Shown here one piece after another: positions 29,867 to 37,761 of a DNA stretch of 64,000 bases. The position numbers were made by a program, and so were the translations under genes. The DNA is from a virus (lineage: Duplodnaviria; Caudoviricetes). A model generated the notes under the pieces. That model did not search any database and had not been told where the DNA came from. It saw nothing but the letters and a program-made list of their open reading frames with translations. Location of the stretch: IMG/VR virus record IMGVR_UViG_3300033463_000004, positions 96,001 through 160,000 of that record, one strand, 5' to 3'. Each line of letters begins with the position of its first letter. Position 1 is the first letter of the stretch.

Positions 29867-32053
29867 TTATGATTTTGCAGATTCAGTTACAGTGATATTG
29901 TTATTTGTAACAATATCCTGGAGATGTTTATCAAGATCTTCTGCTTCTTTCGGATCAAAGATGTTAGATGCAAATATTTCTTTCACATCAGTATCTTCGA
30001 GAGATGAATAGTTTGCAATAATCCATTCGCAATATTTCTTAACTTCAGGATCAAGTTTCTCACCACTATCAAGAAATTTCTTTGCGACTATCATTGCGGC
30101 ATACGATCTTTCCTCAGACGATGGGTGCGGATCAAACATCAGCTTACCGATCTCACGTTCAAGTGTCGTAAGCTTTTGCAAACGTGCATGATCAAGTTTA
30201 TTTGCAGTAATGCCTTTCATCACATCACCAACACCGAACACATTCGGAAGTCCATACATTGCAGAAAATAAATCCGCATAGTATTCTTCTTTGTCAGTGA
30301 TGGACAGCCATCTTTTCAATTCATCAGCATATGCGTTGGAAAATCCATTAGCAGTCGCTAAGCCACCGCTTCCAAGAATCAATGCAATACCCAACGGCCA
30401 TATCATAGAATTACATGCCATGAGTATGACACCACCAACAAACATTACTGATGCAGCGATTGTCCTGATAACACGTTTTACACCTTTTCCTTTTTTCTTC
30501 GAGGGATCATGTTTGTTGACATAATCTTCCATCTTTTTGATGTATTTGTCAACATTTTCAAGTTCTTCTGGTGTTGCTGCAGCTTCTTTCAATTGTGATC
30601 CATCATAACGCATTGCAGCAATCGACATTAAACGTTTCACAAGCTTTCGTTTGGAAATAACATTTAATTTCTTTCCGCCGATGGATGATAATGCATTAAC
30701 ACAATTCGAAAGAATCACACGACGATTTTTCATATTATCGGTCGATGTTGCAAGTGCCATACCGGATGACAATGTAAAGATAAACTCATCATTATCTTTT
30801 CTTAAAGAACCAGAAATGTTATGCCAAATTTCATGAAGAATGACAGCAAGAACAGATTGACCAAACAACTCACGATTTTTACCAGCTGGATTGATTTGGA
30901 AAATCTTACCGGCAAAATCAATATCAATTGGAGTTCCATGAAGTTGGAATCCTTTTGCTTTTGATACAGTGATTGGTTGTGTCACATCATTAAATATTGA
31001 TGTGTATCCATCTGTTACTTCTTTACCCTTTGAATCTTTAGCATCATAGAATCTGATGGCAAGATGACAATCAAACTGTTGTTCAATACATTTGATTGCT
31101 TGTTTGAATTTGTCGTTTCGACAGATGTCTTTCAGAGAAGGCTCGGTATCCATAAAGGATAACCGAGCCGCATTAAAAAGTTCAACTGCCTTCATGAGAT
31201 TCTTATTGTCGAATCTCATATGTTTCAGATCACTCACGGAAGGTTGTGCAGACCCCACGTTTGATTCCTGAATCATACCCTGAGTCGGTTGTACAAAATC
31301 AAATCCTTGAGATTTGAGAAGATCATAACCGAGTGTGGTTGTTCCATCGAATTGATCAATCAGATCCATGAAATATGCAGATTCACCAATCTTTTCAGAA
31401 ATATCATGAACCTGTTTATCGATATCCATTTTAATATCATCATTGGTTTTAACACCTTGCATGATATCAGCTTCTTCATCAGAGAAGTATGAATTTGTTT
31501 GAACAGGTTTACTTGGTTCTGAAATAATATCAGGAATCTGTTTAGTTGCACGGAGTTCTCTGACCTTTTCATTTGCTGCATGAGTATTATCCATATCAAC
31601 AAGACCAGATGAATATGCAATGATTTCACTTCCATCTGATGCTGTGAATCGACCAATCACTTCACCCTTGGAAGGATCAGGTTGTTTTTGATTCTCCAGC
31701 GCTTTGTTTTTCTCAATGATTTCAGACTGATAAACATTCAGCTTCTGATCGATTCTTTGAGAAATGTTATCAAGCACAGCACCAATAGCACATACAATCG
31801 CCTTTGTATTCGCGGATGGGTTCGGTCTATCAGGTGTAATGATTGAGTCACCTGTGACACTGATTTGTTTTGCACGATCATCAACAATAATGTTTGATGC
31901 AGGAATTTGATACATTGCTGCAACAGATTCCAATGCTTCCACAAGAGTCTGAGACTCATTAATTGCTTTCTCAACAGCTTCCTTCGTTGGAGTTACTTGA
32001 GAATTGGAAGTATTGATTGTCACATTCGATGCACCAATTTGTTCGTTAGCCAT
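29867..32053 (-). CDS. Putative virion Zn-metalloprotease (M48-like) with hydrophobic hairpin
   Basis: AVILHEIWH (HEXXH), KEEYYADLF (E..AD) and DPHPSSEER (HP...R); TM-like IAASVMFVGGVILMAC...WPLGIALILG; MIQES site. Confidence 0.65.
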   Translation of the reverse strand: MANEQIGASNVTINTSNSQVTPTKEAVEKAINESQTLVEALESVAAMYQIPASNIIVDDRAKQISVTGDSIITPDRPNPSANTKAIVCAIGAVLDNISQRIDQKLNVYQSEIIEKNKALENQKQPDPSKGEVIGRFTASDGSEIIAYSSGLVDMDNTHAANEKVRELRATKQIPDIISEPSKPVQTNSYFSDEEADIMQGVKTNDDIKMDIDKQVHDISEKIGESAYFMDLIDQFDGTTTLGYDLLKSQGFDFVQPTQGMIQESNVGSAQPSVSDLKHMRFDNKNLMKAVELFNAARLSFMDTEPSLKDICRNDKFKQAIKCIEQQFDCHLAIRFYDAKDSKGKEVTDGYTSIFNDVTQPITVSKAKGFQLHGTPIDIDFAGKIFQINPAGKNRELFGQSVLAVILHEIWHNISGSLRKDNDEFIFTLSSGMALATSTDNMKNRRVILSNCVNALSSIGGKKLNVISKRKLVKRLMSIAAMRYDGSQLKEAAATPEELENVDKYIKKMEDYVNKHDPSKKKGKGVKRVIRTIAASVMFVGGVILMACNSMIWPLGIALILGSGGLATANGFSNAYADELKRWLSITDKEEYYADLFSAMYGLPNVFGVGDVMKGITANKLDHARLQKLTTLEREIGKLMFDPHPSSEERSYAAMIVAKKFLDSGEKLDPEVKKYCEWIIANYSSLEDTDVKEIFASNIFDPKEAEDLDKHLQDIVTNNNITVTESAKS

Positions 32054-35000
32054 TATTGTTCACCCCCTCTTTGGTTTGTTCAGCAGCCGCTTCAGATTTT
32101 TGTTCAAGATTTCCTTGATTTACATTTTTACTTTGAGTCTGGTAATTATCAACAATCTGCTTATATGCTTGATAATATGTGTTGAAGAATTGATTTGTGA
32201 TAGTATTCATGACATTCATTTGATATGTCTTTGCAACTTGTTGGAAAATTTTGAATAATGTTTCACAATTCTGTGAAACTGGTTTCGTGACACCATCAGC
32301 TTCTTTTACAGCTTGTGTTTTTTGCATTGAAGCTTCTTCATTTTTACGAATCTTTTCAAGAACTTTCATGCCATCTTGAAGAGATTTTGTCATGGCTTTT
32401 CCAGCTTCGTCAACAAGTCGTTGAGAATTTGTTAAATCACTCACCATATCTTTCCACATATTTGGTGCCAATGGACCAGTATATGATTTTATATGCTGAT
32501 CAGGTGTTATATCGGAGAATAAAACATAATTACGAATTGCTTCAGCTTCTTTATTTTCATCATTTAATTCTGCAATAGCTTTAGCTGTATCATTATTACC
32601 CGGATAAATTTTAGATTTGATTTCAATAACATTTATTTCTTTTGAAGGATCACGAGCATAATCATCAAGAATCTGTTGAACAGCATCTGTTTTACTCACA
32701 ATATCTTTGAGAGGAATTTTATATAACGGGAAATTTGAAAATTGCGGATTGAATTGTTTATTCGTGATAGCTTGTTCAATTTGATCATTTATTTTTTGAT
32801 GTTGAGTCACCCATGCTGCTTTTGCACCATTAATTTTTTGGAATAATGCAGGAATTTGAGAAAGTTTCTTTTGAATCCAATCTGAAAATTGGCGCATAAT
32901 TGTTGTTAACTTATTTAATGCGCCGGTTTTTGGTGCAGTGTTCATGGTCTTTCCATTTGAATCAGCAAATGATACTGATGGTGGTGCCGGTTTTTCTCCA
33001 GCTTGTTCAGCCTCCATGTATACAAATGCTTCGCAATATGTATAACCAGGAATCATGGTGTCATTCATGTCATCGGAGTACGTAACAATCGTGCAGTGAT
33101 TGTTGTACAGCTTGATGACATTACGGGTGAAGCATTCACCGAGAACTGCAAGAATATCTTTGACAAGATCCTTGTTGTAACATGTCCACGGCTGTTCATT
33201 GATAATAGCCAACATAACACCGGTGATATTCAAGATGTTATTTGCAAGCTCTTCATTGGTTTTCAATGAGCAACCACAATACATCTTATGAAGCATTTTC
33301 AAAGTAACATAAATCGGATGACGATTTTCATTACCCATTGCATCCATACGATAATTGCCATCAAGGAAATTGTTGCCGTATGCAATCTTGTCAAGCCAGT
33401 TTACATCCGTAAGGAATCCAGCATGATCATAATCATAATCCGTATGACATGTTGTCGGACGGAAATATGGTTCAAACATTTGTAATGTTGACTGACAATT
33501 CATTCTGTTTGGAATTCGTTTCTCGGTAGCAGATTCAATCAGCATTGCATGAATCGGAGAACGTGAATCCTTCATCATGAAATGAAGTGCACTCTTTGTA
33601 TCTTTGAAGTTTGGTGTACAATCTTGCAGAACGATATTCCGCATATTGAAATCAAATGGAATACGAGAACGAATCATCATATCATTTGTTTTCACCAGAC
33701 AGAATTCAGATACATACTCAGAGAACGTTTTTGAATCTGCATCTTTTGCAAATTGCTTCAGTTTTGTTTTTACTGCAGCAGCGTCATACATTGTGCACGG
33801 ACCTTCATACAGTTTCACAAACTCGTTTGAATCCATGCTTTCCAATGATTTGAACATGTCATCCGGAGAAGGTGAATTCTTATCAGAGATTTTACCGATA
33901 AACTCTGCAATGATTGAATTCACAAATGCAGAACAAATCTTCTTGTTGTTATCCACACTTTCTTCGGCATTATCATTGAATGCTTTCTTCACAAGCAAAC
34001 CAAGATCATATTTTGTTTTACCAGAATCAATACGATCGTTGATTGCTTGCTTCATATCTTTGACGGTTTTATTTGGAGCATAGAATCCATAAATACAAAC
34101 TTCACCAGCAATGTTATTCAACATCTTAATGGATTCACGACGAAGTCCTTGTGATGCCGGAGCATATTCAGTTGTCGCAAATGTATACGAATACAAATGT
34201 TCCATGTCTTCGTCAAATGAAATTGCTGCATGTGACCATTTAGAATGTGTAAATTTCTTAATGGTGTTTGAAACAATATTTGTTCCAGAAATCAGTACAA
34301 CAAACACAGGTTTATTTCCACGAGTAGAAACACTTTCCTGTGTAACAGTTGATGACTTATCCTTTCGCAGATATGTGGACATTGGTTCACAATATCCAAT
34401 CATCTGTGTCAACATGCAAGTATTCAAACCAACTGTGAACAGAATAAAGGTTTCAATGTATGTCATAACGGTATCACAGTTACAGCACACAAAACTTGCA
34501 TATGAAGGATCAGTCATAGCTTTCTTGATAATGGTTGGAAGATTCTTTACAACCGCTTTCATGGTTGCGCCGAAATGCATGCTATTAATTTTGTCATAAT
34601 CAGACTTTGCATCTTTTGCACGTTTTTCCATTTCAAATTTAGAATACACACATCTATCAAAGAATGTATTCTCTGTTTGAACCAGGAGATCCATCAGAGT
34701 TTCATTTCTTGGATCAGAATATGTACCCTTTGCAAAGATATTATCCGGTTCGATATTCTTTCCGGTGTTCTTTGCAATAAAACATTTTGCCATTTCAACA
34801 GAAAACTTTTCCAGATCAGCAATATCACATTTGATCAGTTTCATGTTGATTGCTTTGAACATATTCGAAATATATTCCGAAATATCGTTCGGGGTAATGT
34901 ACCGCATATCATAGCAGCAATTGCAGATGCCATACTCATCCGTGAATCCTTTACCACTAACCAATGATTGAAGTTGGTCGAGTGCTTCATCATATGATTT

Positions 35001-35111
35001 GATTGCTTTATCAAATGATGCATGGAATTCAGGAGAGAATTCAACAACTGGTTTTCCGTCGGACTTGTTGTAATCAACAACTGCCGTTGTCTTACTATCA
35101 GCCATGTTCAT
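32046..35111 (-). CDS. Large virion protein with a permuted papain-like (YiiX/YaeF-type NlpC/P60) domain
   Basis: IKKFTHSKWSHAAISFD...YDL...KICSAFV...PSPDD shows the His-before-Cys order of the YiiX family; domain preceded by VTQES; RBS AAAGGAG. Confidence 0.65.
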   Translation of the reverse strand: MNMADSKTTAVVDYNKSDGKPVVEFSPEFHASFDKAIKSYDEALDQLQSLVSGKGFTDEYGICNCCYDMRYITPNDISEYISNMFKAINMKLIKCDIADLEKFSVEMAKCFIAKNTGKNIEPDNIFAKGTYSDPRNETLMDLLVQTENTFFDRCVYSKFEMEKRAKDAKSDYDKINSMHFGATMKAVVKNLPTIIKKAMTDPSYASFVCCNCDTVMTYIETFILFTVGLNTCMLTQMIGYCEPMSTYLRKDKSSTVTQESVSTRGNKPVFVVLISGTNIVSNTIKKFTHSKWSHAAISFDEDMEHLYSYTFATTEYAPASQGLRRESIKMLNNIAGEVCIYGFYAPNKTVKDMKQAINDRIDSGKTKYDLGLLVKKAFNDNAEESVDNNKKICSAFVNSIIAEFIGKISDKNSPSPDDMFKSLESMDSNEFVKLYEGPCTMYDAAAVKTKLKQFAKDADSKTFSEYVSEFCLVKTNDMMIRSRIPFDFNMRNIVLQDCTPNFKDTKSALHFMMKDSRSPIHAMLIESATEKRIPNRMNCQSTLQMFEPYFRPTTCHTDYDYDHAGFLTDVNWLDKIAYGNNFLDGNYRMDAMGNENRHPIYVTLKMLHKMYCGCSLKTNEELANNILNITGVMLAIINEQPWTCYNKDLVKDILAVLGECFTRNVIKLYNNHCTIVTYSDDMNDTMIPGYTYCEAFVYMEAEQAGEKPAPPSVSFADSNGKTMNTAPKTGALNKLTTIMRQFSDWIQKKLSQIPALFQKINGAKAAWVTQHQKINDQIEQAITNKQFNPQFSNFPLYKIPLKDIVSKTDAVQQILDDYARDPSKEINVIEIKSKIYPGNNDTAKAIAELNDENKEAEAIRNYVLFSDITPDQHIKSYTGPLAPNMWKDMVSDLTNSQRLVDEAGKAMTKSLQDGMKVLEKIRKNEEASMQKTQAVKEADGVTKPVSQNCETLFKIFQQVAKTYQMNVMNTITNQFFNTYYQAYKQIVDNYQTQSKNVNQGNLEQKSEAAAEQTKEGVNNNG

Positions 35112-35159
35112 TCTCCTTTACATAAAATTTGAGTAAAAACTCTCTTAACACAGAGAGGT

Positions 35160-35172
35160 TTAACTCTTCGTT
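35160..35172 (-). promoter_or_regulatory. Candidate late promoter AACG-N6-TAA
   Basis: AACGAAGAGTTAA ~50 nt upstream of the first gene of the leftward structural block. Confidence 0.45.
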
Positions 35173-35446
35173 TTCATACAATATAAATGGTATTTTTCTT
35201 TTAGAAATTTTTTTAAATTTTGAAATATATAATCATTCCGATGAATGATTTCATATCATTTATTTCAAGTATGTACTTGGAAATTCATACGTCATTATAC
35301 TTGGGATTATTTTCAAAATTTAAGTATTAAATTAAGAACTCCCTAAAATGAATACTATATAAAGAATATAATAAATGAGATTGACAAAAATTTAATCTAT
35401 TTCCAATAGATTCTCTCATTCAATAGAAAGGAGGTTGCTTTTAATT

Positions 35447-36190
35447 ATGCGCAACACACGTTGTCCTTTTTGTGGAAAAATATATAATGACAAACATAAA
35501 TTTTGTAATCATATTGCAATGCAACATAATGAACAAATTCCAGAAGATCAACAACCTTTAGAATTTGCATATTCATTATTAGTACATAAACCAACAGGAA
35601 GAGTTTGTGTAATATGCAGAAAAAATCCTGTTCGATTCAATAACGAGACATTGAAATACGATAGACTGTGTGACAATCCTGCATGTAAAGATGAATATGT
35701 CAAAATTATGAAAGCCCGTATGGTAAAAGTACACGGACAAGAACATCTTCTCAATGATGCAGACATGCAACGAAAAATGATTTATAATCATCACAATGCA
35801 AAAGATTTTATTTGGGATGATGAACATAAATTCAGAATCATTGGAACATACGAAGAAGATTTCTTACGAAAGATGAAATCAATTGGTTGGTCTCCAAATG
35901 ATATTATTGCTCCATCTCCAAATAATTATTGGTACAAATGGAAAGATGGTACCACACATTTGTATATCCCTGATTTCTATATTCCTTCTCTATCATTGGA
36001 AGTTGAAATCAAAGAATCGGATAATCAACATCCAAGAATGGAACATGAGCGCGAAATGGAAGCGCTCAAGGATAAACGTCTTGCTGCTGAAGAGAAGACG
36101 ACGAATATCCATTACATCAAGATCGTTGACAAAAAATACGATGAATTCATGCGAGACTATGTTAAGTCTGATGAAAATAAACCAGATTGA
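35447..36190 (+). CDS. Zinc-finger plus TnsA-like PD-(D/E)XK endonuclease
   Basis: CPFC...H...H, CVIC...C...C zinc motifs; HLYIPDFYIP...EVEIK nuclease motif; ATG at 35447 after AAGGAGG. Confidence 0.7.
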   Translation: MRNTRCPFCGKIYNDKHKFCNHIAMQHNEQIPEDQQPLEFAYSLLVHKPTGRVCVICRKNPVRFNNETLKYDRLCDNPACKDEYVKIMKARMVKVHGQEHLLNDADMQRKMIYNHHNAKDFIWDDEHKFRIIGTYEEDFLRKMKSIGWSPNDIIAPSPNNYWYKWKDGTTHLYIPDFYIPSLSLEVEIKESDNQHPRMEHEREMEALKDKRLAAEEKTTNIHYIKIVDKKYDEFMRDYVKSDENKPD

Positions 36191-36201
36191 GGTGAATATA
36201 A

Positions 36202-37605
36202 ATGGAAGGATTACTCCAATACATTGATCAGATCGATCAATCGGTTGCAGATGCTGAAATCAATGTCATCGAATCATTGATTCAATCATATGATAAGTCA
36301 ATTACGATCATCACAGAGGCGTCTGATGATACAGACTTTTCTGCTTTCGATATCTTCCAGGAAGGTGAAAAATGGGATAAGTTCAAGGAAGATACAAAAG
36401 CTCCTATGTTTGGTAAAAAGGGCGAAGGTCTTATCAAACGAATACTGATGATTCTCCCGCGATTGATACAGAAGTTTGTGGCATTAATCCGCAGGCTTGT
36501 ATCAAGAAATAAAAGTTTCGAACAAAAAATGGATAAAGATATACAACAAATGAAGCAGCAAGCAACCACCGTTGTGGCAGAGCCTATTACTGATGAACAG
36601 GCTAAAATTATTGCCACCCGTGCAAAGGAACTTGAAAAGAAAAAACATGAAGAAATGCAAGCGGCTTATGATAAGTCTGCGGAAGAAGTTAAGCAGTCCA
36701 GCAGAGATTTGGAAGCAACAAAGAATCGTACGATGGATAGCATCTCCGCACGACACGCCGCATTCTGGCAATCATATGACGAGCTGATGAAATCATTGTA
36801 CGGCTCCGATGTACCAACACATTCTGAAACTATGCAAAGTATCAACAACATCGCAGATTCTATTCAGAAGATCGACAAAAAGAATCCGGGGTTTGCCGAT
36901 CAAGTTCTCGAGGAATTGGGAGCCCCGCCTCGTAAAAAGACAAAGCTCGAAGATACAGAAATTACAGTCAGAAATACGACATTCTTTGGTGCTGGTTACA
37001 GCGTACCAGAAACGACTGTATATGACGAAGATAACATAGGGGATCCTGTCGGAATGTGGAAATCATCGATTCCAGACGTGGTATCAAGAGATGCTTCCCT
37101 TGAGGAAATCAATAAATATAATAGAACGCTGATCATTGTACGTGACGAGTATAACAGACGAAATGAGAACTTCTTTCAGCAGCGGGGTACTCGACTCTTC
37201 AAAGTGAAATATAGCGAAGCATTGCATGTGTTTGAAGAGATGAAGCGTAAATTCGAGGAAAGCGTTGTTTCAAACAAAAATCTTATCTCGGTACTTGAAT
37301 CAAACGCGAAATGGCTGAGTGACCAGTGTGAAAGATTATCCGGCGAAGCAAATATGCGTGCTATAGAAATAGCTCAACGTGATAAAACATCTGTTGATAA
37401 TGTAAAAAATACTGACGCTGAGACAAAAGATAAACTTGAGAGAGCCAAAGCATTGCAACGCTCAACATCCTTACTCACTCAAATAGTATCACTCATTACA
37501 AACTTAATCGCTAATAAGGAAAATGAGTGGAATATAAACTACAAAGTTGTGAAGTCACACCTTGAGGCAATGACACCTTCTACAGTAGCGGATATCGATT
37601 TGTAA
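36202..37605 (+). CDS. Putative internal head protein, paralog family member 3
   Basis: Shares the N-terminal propeptide/amphipathic module with the 24098 and 15044 genes; coiled-coil remainder; RBS GAGGTG. Confidence 0.7.
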   Translation: MEGLLQYIDQIDQSVADAEINVIESLIQSYDKSITIITEASDDTDFSAFDIFQEGEKWDKFKEDTKAPMFGKKGEGLIKRILMILPRLIQKFVALIRRLVSRNKSFEQKMDKDIQQMKQQATTVVAEPITDEQAKIIATRAKELEKKKHEEMQAAYDKSAEEVKQSSRDLEATKNRTMDSISARHAAFWQSYDELMKSLYGSDVPTHSETMQSINNIADSIQKIDKKNPGFADQVLEELGAPPRKKTKLEDTEITVRNTTFFGAGYSVPETTVYDEDNIGDPVGMWKSSIPDVVSRDASLEEINKYNRTLIIVRDEYNRRNENFFQQRGTRLFKVKYSEALHVFEEMKRKFEESVVSNKNLISVLESNAKWLSDQCERLSGEANMRAIEIAQRDKTSVDNVKNTDAETKDKLERAKALQRSTSLLTQIVSLITNLIANKENEWNINYKVVKSHLEAMTPSTVADIDL

Positions 37606-37620
37606 AGGAGGAGAGTATAA

Positions 37621-37761
37621 ATGGCAAAACCTAGAAAAACTGAAAATCCGGATGAAATCTTAAAGTGGATTAATCCGGACATGGATGAAGAAACCTCTAA
37701 CGGTAAAGACGAAGATGAACTGGATTTGCCAGAAGAAAAGAAGGAGGATGAATCATCATGA
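37621..37761 (+). CDS. Small acidic protein (46 aa) translationally coupled to the endolysin
   Basis: Below the ORF-track cutoff; RBS AAGGAGGAG; MAKPRKTENPDEILKWINPDMDEETSNGKDEDELDLPEEKKEDESS; its TGA overlaps the endolysin ATG (ATGA). Confidence 0.7.
   Translation: MAKPRKTENPDEILKWINPDMDEETSNGKDEDELDLPEEKKEDESS

Noticed and set aside
35381-35410. Host sigma-A promoter from TTGACA at 35381
   Set aside because: No acceptable -10 hexamer at 16-18 nt spacing.
35447-36190. Tn7-like transposon suggested by the TnsA-like nuclease
   Set aside because: No TnsB/TnsC genes or terminal repeats; stand-alone nucleases of this fold are common in large phages.
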